Below, in pieces: positions 47,996 through 58,883 of a stretch of 64,000 nucleotides of DNA (its first letter is position 1; every line of letters starts with the position of its first letter). Location: positions 16,385-80,384 of the forward strand of contig CALVQK010000005.1 of the NCBI GenBank assembly GCA_944358305.1. Reading direction: 5' to 3'. The stretch comes from an uncultured Bacilli bacterium. GTDB lineage: Bacteria > Bacillota_I > Bacilli_A > RF39 > UBA660. The position numbers and the translations under genes were made by a program. Under the pieces are notes generated by a model that saw only the letters and a program-made list of their open reading frames with translations, did no database searches and had not been told where the DNA came from.

Positions 47996-48616
47996 TTGAT
48001 GGAATATTTGGATTATTATGATGAGAATGGTAATTATTTAGGTTATAAAAGCCGAGATGAAGTTCATAAAGAAGGTTTGTGGCACAATACTGTTCATTGT
48101 TGGTTATATGAGATGGATGGCAGTATCTACTTTCAAATACGAAGTAGTAGTCATAAATTTTATACGACTGCTTCGGGTCATGTTTTAAAAGATGAGGGTA
48201 TTAAAGAGGCTTTTAGAAGAGAGATAAAAGAAGAAATAGGGCTTGATATAAATAGTAATGATGCGACATTAGTAGATATTGTCCCTTGGCGAATGGATAA
48301 AATGAAAAATGGGATTCTTATTAAAGATAGAGCGAAAGCACATGTTTATGTGGATTTATTTGAAGGTGATATTAATAGTTTTAAATTTGATCCTAATGAA
48401 GTATTAGGCGTTGTTAAGGTAAAAGCTAAAGAGGCATTGGATTTATTTAAAAAAGGTAATGGAGAAATAAAAGCACTTATTATTACTGCTAAAGATAATA
48501 AGAATTTTAGTGAAAATAAATTAGTTAGTATTGGTGATTTTCTAGTTCAAGATCATGAAAATGCTTATGATAAATATAAAGATGTGTTAAGTAAGGTAAT
48601 AGAAATTACTAAATAA
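47996..48616 (+). CDS. NUDIX hydrolase.
   Basis: Nudix box GHVLKDEGIKEAFRREIKEEIGL. Confidence 0.75.
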   Translation: MMEYLDYYDENGNYLGYKSRDEVHKEGLWHNTVHCWLYEMDGSIYFQIRSSSHKFYTTASGHVLKDEGIKEAFRREIKEEIGLDINSNDATLVDIVPWRMDKMKNGILIKDRAKAHVYVDLFEGDINSFKFDPNEVLGVVKVKAKEALDLFKKGNGEIKALIITAKDNKNFSENKLVSIGDFLVQDHENAYDKYKDVLSKVIEITK

Positions 48617-48673
48617 GTAGTAATTTCTTTTCTTTTTGTGATAAAATAATTTTAAGATAGGAGATAGTGATTA

Positions 48674-51274
48674 ATGAAAGAGGCATATACGATTAGTAGT
48701 GATGAAGTAGTTAAGAATTTAAATAGTTCTATAGAAGGATTAGCGGATACTGAAGTAAAGATTCGACTAGAAAAGTATGGATATAATGTAATTGCTAGTC
48801 ATAAAAAGAAAACTGTTTTAGAAATGATTTTAGAACAATTAAAAGATAGGATGATCTTAATACTTTTACTTGCTTCTGTTCTTTCTTTTATTTTGGGGGA
48901 GATGGCTGAAGGAATTGTTATTTTAATTATTATTTTTATTAATGCGCTTATTAGTATTATTCAAGAGAAAAAAGCACTTTCTGCTATTGAAGCTTTGAGA
49001 GATATGAATGCACCTCATGCTACAGTTATAAGGAATGGTAAGAAAAAGACTATTTTGACTAAAGATTTAGTAGTTGGTGATATTGTTTATTTAGAAGATG
49101 GTAATATTGTTCCAGCAGATATTAGATTAATAGAAGAACATCAGTTAAAGGTTGATGAATCTTCTCTTACTGGTGAGAGTGTTCCTGTAGAAAAAGATGC
49201 TAATGTTATACTTGATGAGACTACTCCTTTAGCAGATAGAGTTAATATGGTTTTTTCATCTACTATTGTTTCTTATGGTACAGCGACTGGAATAGTAACT
49301 TCTATAGCAAGTGATACTGAAGTTGGTAATATTGCTAATATGTTAAATGATACTGATAGTTTAGATACACCCTTAAAAAGAAAGTTAAATAAAGTAGGTG
49401 AAGTTTTAAGTGTTATAGGTGTAGTTATTGCAATACTTATATTTATTATAGGCCTTTTATATGGTAGGGATTTTATATCAATTTTAATGATTGCTATTTC
49501 TCTTGCTATTTCTGTAATACCTGAAGGTTTACCTGCTACTGCTACTATAGTTATGGCTTTAGGGGTATCTCGTATGGCTAAGAAAAATGCTTTAGTAAAA
49601 AAACTTACAGCAGTTGAAGCACTTGGTAGTTCAACAGTTATTTGTACTGATAAAACAGGGACACTTACTTTAAATAAAATGACAGTTGTTAAAAGTACTT
49701 TATTTGATGATATTAAAAATAAAAATGATAAGAATAATTATAGTGAGGAATTAATAAAAGCGGCAGTTATTTGTAATAATGCTTATCTTGATAAAGAAAA
49801 AGTTTTAGGTGATCCTACAGAAGGGGCATTATTAAATTATGCTAAAGATAATGGTTATGATGTTAAGAAAATAAAAGATAATAGAGTATTGTTTGAACAA
49901 CCATTTGATTCAATTAGAAAAAGAATGAGTGTTGTAGTTAAAAATAAGAAAGGTTATTTAATTTATAGTAAAGGTGCTCCTGAAGAGTTGATTGACGTGT
50001 GTAGTTATGCTATATCTGGTGGTAAAATAATTAAACTTTCAAGCGATGATAAAAATTTAATAAAAAAATACTGTACGACTTTATCTAGTAAAGGTTTAAG
50101 GTTATTAGGCTTTGCTATGAAAAGTATAGATAATGTTCCTAAAGAGGAAGATGTAGTGGAAGAATCTCTAACTTTTATTGGTATTATGGGAATGATTGAT
50201 CCACCACGTGAAGAGGTTAAGCATGCAATTAATACTTGCCATGAAGCTGGAATTAGAGTAATTATGATTACAGGTGATCATAAATTAACAGCTACTTCTA
50301 TTGCTAAAGACTTAGGAATTTATAAAAAAGGTGATTTAGTTGTTGATGGCGAAGAATTAAGCAAAATGAGTGATCTAAAACTTCGTAATACTATTAAAAA
50401 TATTTCTGTTTTTGCTAGAGTTACTCCTAAAGATAAACTTAGAATTGTTAATGCTTTAAAGAAAAATAAAGAGGTAGTAGCTATGACTGGTGATGGAGTT
50501 AATGATGCTCCGGCCTTAAAGAAAGCTGATATAGGGGTTGCTATGGGAATAAATGGTACTGATGTGGCTAAAGATGCAGCGGCTATGATTCTTTTAGATG
50601 ATAATTTTACAACAATTGAAGCAGCAGTTAAAGAAGGAAGAAGAGTTTATCGTAATATTCAAAAAGTAATTCAATATCTTTTAGCAGGTAATATTGCGGA
50701 AGTTTTAACTATTTTTGTTACAATGCTTTTTAATTTACATACACCATTACTTGCAGTACATATTCTGTTTATTAATCTTGTAACGGATACTCTACCTTCA
50801 CTTGCTCTTGGAATAGATCCAGCTAGTCCTAATATTATGCGTCATAAACCAGTTAAAGAAGGTAGCCTATTTGAAAAGGGATTAGTATTTAGAATAGCTT
50901 TTTATGGAGTTTATCTTGCTATTATTACTTTAATCGCTTATTTAATAGGTAGTCGTGATAATTATACGTTGGCATTAACTATGGCTTTTACGGTTTTATG
51001 TTTATCACAAATTTTCCATTCTTTAAATCAAAGCTCAAGTAAAGTATCTTTATTTAGTAAAAATTATCCAAGAAATAAAATGCTATATCTTGCTATTATA
51101 GGTTCAATTTTCTTTCTTAGTTTAGTTTTATTTATAGATCCATTAAGAAAATTTTTCTCGCTTGGTGTATTAAGTATTAATGAGTGGATAATAGTTATGA
51201 TTTTATCGCTATCACCAATTTTAGTAGTTGAAGTATTTAAGGGTATTAAAAGAAAATTAGGGGTTGATAATTAG
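48674..51274 (+). CDS. P-type ATPase, Ca2+-transporting (type IIA-like).
   Basis: ICTDKTGTLT phosphorylation site, TGES, MTGDGVNDAPAL, 10 TM. Confidence 0.9.
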   Translation: MKEAYTISSDEVVKNLNSSIEGLADTEVKIRLEKYGYNVIASHKKKTVLEMILEQLKDRMILILLLASVLSFILGEMAEGIVILIIIFINALISIIQEKKALSAIEALRDMNAPHATVIRNGKKKTILTKDLVVGDIVYLEDGNIVPADIRLIEEHQLKVDESSLTGESVPVEKDANVILDETTPLADRVNMVFSSTIVSYGTATGIVTSIASDTEVGNIANMLNDTDSLDTPLKRKLNKVGEVLSVIGVVIAILIFIIGLLYGRDFISILMIAISLAISVIPEGLPATATIVMALGVSRMAKKNALVKKLTAVEALGSSTVICTDKTGTLTLNKMTVVKSTLFDDIKNKNDKNNYSEELIKAAVICNNAYLDKEKVLGDPTEGALLNYAKDNGYDVKKIKDNRVLFEQPFDSIRKRMSVVVKNKKGYLIYSKGAPEELIDVCSYAISGGKIIKLSSDDKNLIKKYCTTLSSKGLRLLGFAMKSIDNVPKEEDVVEESLTFIGIMGMIDPPREEVKHAINTCHEAGIRVIMITGDHKLTATSIAKDLGIYKKGDLVVDGEELSKMSDLKLRNTIKNISVFARVTPKDKLRIVNALKKNKEVVAMTGDGVNDAPALKKADIGVAMGINGTDVAKDAAAMILLDDNFTTIEAAVKEGRRVYRNIQKVIQYLLAGNIAEVLTIFVTMLFNLHTPLLAVHILFINLVTDTLPSLALGIDPASPNIMRHKPVKEGSLFEKGLVFRIAFYGVYLAIITLIAYLIGSRDNYTLALTMAFTVLCLSQIFHSLNQSSSKVSLFSKNYPRNKMLYLAIIGSIFFLSLVLFIDPLRKFFSLGVLSINEWIIVMILSLSPILVVEVFKGIKRKLGVDN

Positions 51275-51277
51275 ATT

Positions 51278-52492
51278 ATGGTAGTAAATAAGAAAAGGAT
51301 AGTTTTAAGTAATAAGATTTATCCTCTTTTTGCGGGTTTATCTGGAGATTTAATTTTCTATATTGCAATTAATACATTGTTTTTAACAGAAGTTAAGCAT
51401 TTAAGTGCTTTAGAAATTAGTTCTCTTACGACGATTAGTTTATTTGTTATGATTATTTTAAACCCTTTAGTCATGAAAATAATTAATAAAATAGGAGCTT
51501 TAAAATCGGTAAAAGTTGGAGTTCTTCTTCTTTTTTTAGGGGCTTTTCTAATTACTTTTTCTAGTAGTTATTTAGGTATTTTAATAGGTTCTATTCTTTA
51601 TGAATCTTACTCTTATTTTAAGAAAATGGATACAGTTATTCTTAGAAGAAACTTAGCTTTCTTAAAAGAAGAAGATAAGTATTTACAAATAGAAAGTAAG
51701 TATACTTTGATTTATGCAGTTGTTACTATGTTTACTGCTTTTATTTCAGGTTTTCTTTTTAATTTAAACCCTTATTTACCAATGATAGGATGTTTAACTT
51801 TTTGTCTTATAAGTATTTTTTTGTCTAATTTTCTTTATGAAGTTAAAACTTTTAATAAAGTAATAAAGAAAGACAAAAGAAAAGTTAAACTGGCACATCT
51901 TATTTACTTGATTTTACTTCTTTTTGCTCTATGCTATTCAATTATTGATTTAGGGCAAAATAATAGTAAACTTTTTATTCAGTATAAGTTAGATAGTTTC
52001 TTATCACTTGAAGCTGTTTCAATTTATTTAACTATTGTTGTCAGTATATCAAGAATTGTTAGAGTGATAGCAAATTATTTCTTTATTTCTATTTATGATA
52101 AATATAAAAGTAAAATTTTATCTATTATTGGGTATAGTCTTCTTTTTTCGTTTGTTTTAATTCTTATTGGTAATTTTATTCCTTTTAAAATTTTAGGCAT
52201 TGTTTTAATGAGTATTGGTTTTTGTGTATTTCTTGCTGTTAGAGATCCTTTTGATAATTATATTAAAGAATTATTACTAAATAATACTAATCCTAATGAT
52301 CATGAAATAATGATAAATAAACTTAATTTTACAAGAAAAATAGGTAAATTAATAATTAGTAGTTTAATTACTTTGATATTATTAAAAGATTCTCTTACTT
52401 ATGTAATGGTATTTTTATTAGGACTTTCTTTCTTCTCATTAGTTATAATATATGAGATATATAAGATATTAAAGAAAAAGAAATATGCTTAA
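51278..52492 (+). CDS. Polytopic membrane protein (transporter-like).
   Basis: About 11 hydrophobic segments. ORF only. Confidence 0.4.
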   Translation: MVVNKKRIVLSNKIYPLFAGLSGDLIFYIAINTLFLTEVKHLSALEISSLTTISLFVMIILNPLVMKIINKIGALKSVKVGVLLLFLGAFLITFSSSYLGILIGSILYESYSYFKKMDTVILRRNLAFLKEEDKYLQIESKYTLIYAVVTMFTAFISGFLFNLNPYLPMIGCLTFCLISIFLSNFLYEVKTFNKVIKKDKRKVKLAHLIYLILLLFALCYSIIDLGQNNSKLFIQYKLDSFLSLEAVSIYLTIVVSISRIVRVIANYFFISIYDKYKSKILSIIGYSLLFSFVLILIGNFIPFKILGIVLMSIGFCVFLAVRDPFDNYIKELLLNNTNPNDHEIMINKLNFTRKIGKLIISSLITLILLKDSLTYVMVFLLGLSFFSLVIIYEIYKILKKKKYA

Positions 52493-52517
52493 AATATCTT
52501 GAAATATAATTTTTTTG

Positions 52518-52565
52518 TTCGCGTTCATGCACAAAAAAATAGAAATATTATGCATGAACGCGAAA
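52518..52565. promoter_or_regulatory. Perfect 14-bp inverted repeat (ttcgcgttcatgca ... tgcatgaacgcgaa) with a 20-nt A-rich spacer, upstream of the abiE pair.
   Basis: Seen directly; GC-rich relative to surroundings. Candidate operator or terminator. Confidence 0.4.
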
Positions 52566-52620
52566 ATACTCTTTACCTTAATAAAATATGATGATACAAT
52601 AATGATGTGGGTGGGATATT

Positions 52621-53214
52621 ATGAAAAAGAAAGAAGAAATTTTAAATATTGCTAGTAAAAATGGTGGTTATATCACAACCAAAGAGTTGACTAAATATAA
52701 TATAAATAGTCGTTTTTTGACATCTTTAGTAAAAGAAAAAAAACTAAGTAGAGCATCAAGAGGTTACTATATTTTACCAAATGTTTTTCCTGATGATTTC
52801 TATATTATTCTTTCAAAATGCAAGAAAGCTGTTTTTTCAGATGCTACTGCACTTTATTTTCATAATCTTTCTGATAGAATACCTTTAGTATATGATATTA
52901 CGTTGCCTTATGGTTATGGTAATTGTTATAAAGATATGTCTAATGTTTCTCTTCATTATGTAAAAAATGCGAATATTGATTTAGGTATGATAGAAATAGA
53001 GTCTCCTTTTGAAATGAAAATTAAAACTTATGATATAGAAAGAACTGTTTGTGATATTATTAAAAATAAAAATAAAATGGATATTGAAGTTTTTACTAAA
53101 GCTTTAAAAGAATATTCAAGATTAAAAAATAAAGATCTTAATAAATTAATGAAATATGCTAAAAGATTAAATGTAGAGAAGAAAGTAAGAGAATATATGG
53201 AGGTGTTGTTGTAA
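52621..53214 (+). CDS. AbiEi-family antitoxin/transcriptional regulator (type IV TA).
   Basis: N-terminal wHTH ILNIASKNGGYITTKELTKYNINSRFLTSLVKEKKLSRASRGYYIL typical of the AbiEi N-domain. Confidence 0.6.
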   Translation: MKKKEEILNIASKNGGYITTKELTKYNINSRFLTSLVKEKKLSRASRGYYILPNVFPDDFYIILSKCKKAVFSDATALYFHNLSDRIPLVYDITLPYGYGNCYKDMSNVSLHYVKNANIDLGMIEIESPFEMKIKTYDIERTVCDIIKNKNKMDIEVFTKALKEYSRLKNKDLNKLMKYAKRLNVEKKVREYMEVLL

Positions 53215-53291
53215 TTAATCAAGACAAATTAAAAAGTTTAGTTTCTAAAAAGACGTTAGGAGGTACATATAAATCACAAATATACTTTCAA

Positions 53292-54065
53292 TTGTTTTAT
53301 TTTGAACGACTATTAGAAAGAATTTCTAAAAGTAAATATAAAAATTATATTATATTAAAAGGTGGATTAGTTTTAACTTCAATTATTGGTAGTGATGATA
53401 GAACTACTAAAGATATGGATGCAACGGTAAAAGGTATTCCTCTTTCTGAAAATATAATTAAAGAAATATTTAAGGAAATATTTAGCATTGATTTGGATGA
53501 TGGTGTTACTTTTGAACTTATTAGTATTAAAGATATTAGGCTAGAAGATAAGTATGGTGGTTTTAGATTAAATATTTTATCAAAATTAGGTAATAATAAA
53601 ACATATATTACAGTTGAACTAACAACTGGTGATGAAATAACTCCTAGAGAGATAAAATTTAGTTATAATTCGATTTTTGAAGATAAAAAAATAACTATTA
53701 TGGCATATAATATAGAAACTATACTAGCAGAAAAATTTCACTCTATTGTTTTTAGAGGTAGTTTGAATACAAAGTTGAAAGATTTTTATGATGTTTATAT
53801 GTTATTTAATTTTAAAGAAGATATTATAGATAAAAAATTATTGGTAAAAGCAATCGAGAACACTTTTAAAAAGAGAGATACTTTAATAGATATAGATGAA
53901 TTTGTTAATCTTATAGACGATTTATATAATAATGATTCTCTTAAAAAGTTATGGAGTGAATATCAAAATAAAAATACATATGCCAAAGGTATAAGTTTTG
54001 AAGATACAATAGATTCTGTTAAAATAATAGTTAATATACTAGAAGAAACATTAGTTACTGTTTAA
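53292..54065 (+). CDS. AbiEii/AbiGii-family nucleotidyltransferase toxin.
   Basis: ILKGGLVLTSIIGSDDRTTKDMDATV (KGG..L......R.S.D(I/M)D) NTase signature. Paired with the upstream abiEi. Start uncertain (TTG). Confidence 0.6.
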   Translation: MFYFERLLERISKSKYKNYIILKGGLVLTSIIGSDDRTTKDMDATVKGIPLSENIIKEIFKEIFSIDLDDGVTFELISIKDIRLEDKYGGFRLNILSKLGNNKTYITVELTTGDEITPREIKFSYNSIFEDKKITIMAYNIETILAEKFHSIVFRGSLNTKLKDFYDVYMLFNFKEDIIDKKLLVKAIENTFKKRDTLIDIDEFVNLIDDLYNNDSLKKLWSEYQNKNTYAKGISFEDTIDSVKIIVNILEETLVTV

Positions 54066-54101
54066 AAAGTTTTGATAAAATTAGAAAGGGTTTTGAACTA
54101 T

Positions 54102-54557
54102 GAAAAAAGTTAGGAATGCTGTAAGAGCATTTGTAGTTGATGGTAATAAAGTTTTATGCATACAATATAAAGAAGAAAACATAGGGTATATTGATATTCC
54201 AGGAGGAAAAATAGAAAGGGTGAAACAGGTGTAGAAGCAGCAATTAGGGAAGTTAAAGAAGAAACTGGAATAGAAGTTAGTAATTTTAAAGAAGTAGGTA
54301 ATGTCATTATTGAATATCCGGATAGAATTTATAATATGGAAGTGTTTGTTACAAATAACTATATGGGGAGTGTTAGAAATAATGAGGAAAATGATGCTTT
54401 CTTTATTGATATAGAAGATTTACTAAAAGAAAAGAAGAGGTATGCTATTACATACTTGTTAGATACTGAGTTTGAAGATTATTTTAATAATAGAAAAATT
54501 AATGTTAAATTTAATGTTGATAGTAATCATAAAGTTATTAATTATGATAAGATATGA
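54102..54557 (+). pseudogene. MutT-like NUDIX hydrolase disrupted by a -1 frameshift in an A-run near 54215..54222.
   Basis: Frame 1 gives MKKVRNAVRAFVVDGNKVLCIQ...IPGGKIE then a stop. Shifting by one base restores GETGVEAAIREVKEETGIEV (Nudix box) and continues into ORF 54336..54557. Confidence 0.6.
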
Positions 54558-54618
54558 AATCTAATCAGCTTCAATAATAAATAATGTTTTAAAACATAAA
54601 CTTACTACTGGAAAGGTA

Positions 54619-56535
54619 GTGAGGCATATGTTTACAAGAGGAATAGATAAGAGAATGAAAATTATTCTTTTAATATTTAGTAGTATTTTATTAGTAATAG
54701 TCTTAAGAGTATTTTATGTTCAAGTAGTAGATTATAAAAAACTATCAAATCTTGCTAGTGACCTTTGGAGTAGGAATTTACCTATTGAAGCTTCTCGTGG
54801 AAGAATACTTGATAGAAATGGAGTAATTTTGGCGGATAATATTACAACTACATCTTTAGTCTTAATTCCTAATCAGATAAAGAATAAAAAAAAGGTTACA
54901 GAAAAACTTGCAGAAATTTTAGGAGTTAGTTTTGATGAGATGAAAGAACATGTTTATAAAGAGACATCTATTGAAAGAGTTCATCCAGAGGGAAGAAGAT
55001 TATCTTATGAAGTAGCAGATAAAATAGAAGCCTTAAACTTTGATGGAGTTTATTTAGTTAAAGAGTCTAAAAGATATTATCCATATGAAGAGATGTTATC
55101 TCACGTTTTAGGTTATGTCGGAATAGATAATCAAGGCTTATCTGGAATAGAGTTACAGTATGATGATTATTTAACTGGTGAAAATGGAGCAATTAAGTAT
55201 TTTAGTGATGCAAAGGGTAATAAATTAGAGCTTACAGATTTATATATTGAACCTCAGGATGGCATGGATTTGCAACTTACTATTGATATAAATATTCAAA
55301 AGTCAATTGAAAGGGAACTTGATAATGTTGTAGACATGTTTAATCCGGATATGGCTCTTGCTGTTGTAATGGATCCTAATACAGGCGAGATATTAGCGAT
55401 GAGTTCTAGACCTAATTATGATCCTAATAACTATCAAGATTATACAACAGAAGAGCTATCACGTAATTTACCTATATGGGCAAGTTATGAGCCTGGTTCT
55501 ACCCAGAAGATTGTTACAACAGCGGCATCAGTAGAAGAAGGGGTAATTGATTTATTTAAAGATGAATTTACAGATACAGGATCTGTTCAGGTGGATACAG
55601 CAAGAATTAAATGTTGGAAAGCAGGAGGACATGGTCATCAGACATTCCTTCAAGTCTTACAAAACAGTTGTAACCCTGGTTTTGTGAGGATGGGACAATT
55701 ACTTGGAAAGACGCGATTATTTCATTATTTAGATTTATTTGGTTTTGGTTCTAAGACGGGGATAGATCTTAATGGTGAAGGGGAAGGTATAATATTTCCA
55801 CTGGACCAAGTTGGTAATATAGAACTTGCTACTACAGCTTTTGGGCAAGGTATTAGTGTTACACCTATTCAACAAGTAAGAGCTATTTCAGCAGTTATTA
55901 ATGGTGGTGTTTTATTAAAGCCTTATGTTTTGAAAAACATTTTAGAGCCAGAGACCGGTAATGTTATGGAGCATAATAGTAAAACGGAGATTAGAAGAGT
56001 AATAAGTGAAGAAACTAGTGAAATTATGAGATATGCTTTAGAGACTGTAGTAGCACTTGGTGGTGGTAAAGCTGCTTATATTGATGGTTATAGAATAGGT
56101 GGTAAGACAGGTACGGCGCAAAAGGCTGTTAATGGTAGTTACCTTGCTAATAATTATATAATGTCTTTTGTTGGTATTGTGCCATCTAATGATCCTGAAG
56201 CTGTTCTTTATATTGCTATAGATAATCCAAAAGATACAGCATTGTTATCAAGTTATACCACAACTCCTATTGCAAGAAGAATACTTCTAGATATAATTGA
56301 TGCTTTAGGAATAGAAAAGCAAGAAGGTGGAGTAGAAAAAGACTATGAATGGAGTGATAAAGTTTATTATGAGGTTGCTGATGTAGTAGGTAAAACTCCA
56401 GATGAAGCTAAAGAGTTGCTTGAACATTTTTCTATAGAATACTCTGGTAGTGGAGAGAAAATAATAAGTCAATCACCTGAAGCTGGGATGCGTCTTGAAG
56501 ATGGAAGTACTGTTAAATTAATGCTAGGTAATTAG
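54619..56535 (+). CDS. Class B penicillin-binding protein (FtsI/SpoVD-like) with a C-terminal PASTA domain.
   Basis: Dimerisation domain. Transpeptidase motifs STQK (SxxK), SCN, KTGTA. PASTA VADVVGKTPDEAKELL. Confidence 0.85.
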   Translation: MRHMFTRGIDKRMKIILLIFSSILLVIVLRVFYVQVVDYKKLSNLASDLWSRNLPIEASRGRILDRNGVILADNITTTSLVLIPNQIKNKKKVTEKLAEILGVSFDEMKEHVYKETSIERVHPEGRRLSYEVADKIEALNFDGVYLVKESKRYYPYEEMLSHVLGYVGIDNQGLSGIELQYDDYLTGENGAIKYFSDAKGNKLELTDLYIEPQDGMDLQLTIDINIQKSIERELDNVVDMFNPDMALAVVMDPNTGEILAMSSRPNYDPNNYQDYTTEELSRNLPIWASYEPGSTQKIVTTAASVEEGVIDLFKDEFTDTGSVQVDTARIKCWKAGGHGHQTFLQVLQNSCNPGFVRMGQLLGKTRLFHYLDLFGFGSKTGIDLNGEGEGIIFPLDQVGNIELATTAFGQGISVTPIQQVRAISAVINGGVLLKPYVLKNILEPETGNVMEHNSKTEIRRVISEETSEIMRYALETVVALGGGKAAYIDGYRIGGKTGTAQKAVNGSYLANNYIMSFVGIVPSNDPEAVLYIAIDNPKDTALLSSYTTTPIARRILLDIIDALGIEKQEGGVEKDYEWSDKVYYEVADVVGKTPDEAKELLEHFSIEYSGSGEKIISQSPEAGMRLEDGSTVKLMLGN

Positions 56536-56654
56536 TATAAATCTTGAATTTAGTCATAAAATTAAATGACAAGAGAAAGTCAAATAATAAAATACATATA
56601 GAATAACAAAAATACTTATGCTATAATACTTAGAGAAACGAGAGGCGATAAGTC

Positions 56655-57635
56655 ATGTTATTACTTACAAAAGCAGTATTTGCAATTATGATTGGATTTT
56701 TATTTAGTGTAGTTTTAGGCCTTGTTCTTTTACCTCTTTTAAGAAAATTGAAAGTAGGACAAAGGATAAGTAGTTATGTAGGATATTCGCATCGTAAAAA
56801 AGAAGGAACTCCTACGATGGGTGGCTTAATCTTTATTATTCCTACAGTTGTTATTACATTAGGATTATTGATTACGGGGAAAATATCTTATTCTGATAAT
56901 TTAGCAATAGTGTTATTAGTATTTTTAGGTTTTGCCATTATTGGATTTTTAGATGATTTCTTATCACTTAAAAAGCATAACAACGAAGGGCTTACTACTT
57001 ATCAAAAATTATTAGGGCAAGTTATAATATCGACAATATTTTTCTATATTTATATGAAAAATGGAGGTCAGACATCTTTTGTGGTTGGGACTCTTGGTAT
57101 TGATATTGAACTTACTTGGCTATATGGATTATTTATATTATTTATTTTGATTGGTGCTTCTAATGCTGTTAATTTGACAGATGGTTTAGATGGACTTGCA
57201 GGGAGTTTATCTGCTGTTGCTTTCATTGCTTTTGCTCTTATTTCCTTTGTAGTTGGTTTTGAAGATATTGGTATATTTTGTTTAGTGTTAGTTGGTTCTT
57301 TGATTGGTTTCTTAGTTTATAATACTCATCCTGCGAAAATATTTATGGGAGATACTGGTTCTCTTGCTCTTGGAGGTGTTATGGGTGCCGTTGCTATACT
57401 TACTCATAGAGAACTTACTTTACTTGTAGTAGCAGGAGTCTTTGTAATAGAAACATTATCAGTTATTTTACAAGTGTTTTGGTTAAGGTTTTTCCATAAA
57501 AAGTTATTCTTAATGACGCCTTTACATCATCATTTTGAAAAACTTGGTTGGCAAGAGACAGATATTGTTAAATTATTTGTAGTCTTTGGATTACTACTTG
57601 CGATGAGTGGCATTATTTTTGGAGTATGGTTATAG
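56655..57635 (+). CDS. mraY: Phospho-N-acetylmuramoyl-pentapeptide transferase.
   Basis: KEGTPTMGG, NAVNLTDGLDGLA, MGDTGSLALGG motifs. Confidence 0.9.
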   Translation: MLLLTKAVFAIMIGFLFSVVLGLVLLPLLRKLKVGQRISSYVGYSHRKKEGTPTMGGLIFIIPTVVITLGLLITGKISYSDNLAIVLLVFLGFAIIGFLDDFLSLKKHNNEGLTTYQKLLGQVIISTIFFYIYMKNGGQTSFVVGTLGIDIELTWLYGLFILFILIGASNAVNLTDGLDGLAGSLSAVAFIAFALISFVVGFEDIGIFCLVLVGSLIGFLVYNTHPAKIFMGDTGSLALGGVMGAVAILTHRELTLLVVAGVFVIETLSVILQVFWLRFFHKKLFLMTPLHHHFEKLGWQETDIVKLFVVFGLLLAMSGIIFGVWL

Positions 57636-57649
57636 AAAAGAGTGATTAG

Positions 57650-58744
57650 ATGAAGAAAAAAGGTTTATCTTTGCCTTTATTAATCACAGTAATACTTTTA
57701 GTAACATTTGGACTTATAATGATATATTCCGCTTCAAGTATTTGGGCCGAATATAAGTTTCATGATAGTTTTCACTATGTGAAACAACAAGCATTATTTA
57801 CAGTAATAGGATTTATAATAATGTATATAGTTAGTAAGATAGATTATAATATCTATTTTAAGAAGGCAAATATCATCTTAGGTATTTGCTTTTTATTATT
57901 AATTTTAGTTTTAATACCTGGTATAGGTAGTATTAGAAATGGTAGTAGGAGTTGGTTTGGAATAGGGCCATTTGGAGTACAGCCTAGCGAGTTTATAAAA
58001 CTGGCATTAATAATATTTACTAGTAAATACTTAGTTAATAGTAATAAGTTTTTAAAGAGTTATAAGAAAGGTGTAATTCCAATACTTGGAATTGCCTGCT
58101 TTGCTTTTGGTCTTATCATGTTACAACCTGATTTAGGAACAGGTTTAGTTTTAATGGTTTCAATTATTGCCTTACTTTTTATCGCTGGGGTTAATATGAA
58201 GTTTTTCTATATTTTGGGAGTAATAGGAATAGTTGGAGTTATAATACTTATCGCTATCGCTCCATATCGTATGGATAGAATAACATCGTTTTTAGATCCA
58301 TGGAGTGATCCTTTGGGAACAGGTTTTCAAATAATTCAGTCTTTATATGCCATAGGTCCAGGAGGACTGCTTGGTACAGGTTTTTTAAATTCAAGACAAA
58401 AACATTTTTATTTGCCAGAACCTCAAACTGACTTTATCTTTTCAATAATTTGTGAAGAGTTCGGTGTAGTAGGTGCGATATTTATTGCTTTACTTTTCTT
58501 CTTACTTTTATATTTTGGTGTTAAGATTGCTTTAAAATCAAACGATTTATTTGCCAAGTATTTAGCTTTTGGTCTTATTTTTCAAATGATTTTTCAAGCC
58601 TTAATGAACTTAGCTGTGGTGATTGGTCTAATACCTGTGACTGGAGTAACCCTACCATTTTTATCTTATGGAGGAAGCTCTTTATTAATAAGTTTATTAA
58701 GTATTGGAATTCTTCTTAATATAGCGAGAAAAAATAATCAGTAA
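57650..58744 (+). CDS. SEDS-family protein FtsW/SpoVE.
   Basis: QPSEFIKL, MLQPDLGT, GLIPVTGVTLPFLSYGGSS motifs. Lies downstream of PBP-mraY. Confidence 0.85.
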   Translation: MKKKGLSLPLLITVILLVTFGLIMIYSASSIWAEYKFHDSFHYVKQQALFTVIGFIIMYIVSKIDYNIYFKKANIILGICFLLLILVLIPGIGSIRNGSRSWFGIGPFGVQPSEFIKLALIIFTSKYLVNSNKFLKSYKKGVIPILGIACFAFGLIMLQPDLGTGLVLMVSIIALLFIAGVNMKFFYILGVIGIVGVIILIAIAPYRMDRITSFLDPWSDPLGTGFQIIQSLYAIGPGGLLGTGFLNSRQKHFYLPEPQTDFIFSIICEEFGVVGAIFIALLFFLLLYFGVKIALKSNDLFAKYLAFGLIFQMIFQALMNLAVVIGLIPVTGVTLPFLSYGGSSLLISLLSIGILLNIARKNNQ

Positions 58745-58883
58745 TGGTATATTATATTAATAGAGATACTTATAAATTTGAGGTTTCAGTCTGAAACCTC
58801 AAATTTAATAATAGTTATTATTAAAAAAGTCTCTAAGGTTTCAATTTGAAACCTTGAAAGAAAATATATAGTTGTAGGAGGTT

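Noticed and set aside
54110-54307. Minus-strand 65-aa ORF
   Set aside because: It is antisense to the frameshifted NUDIX gene, whose two halves account for this region.
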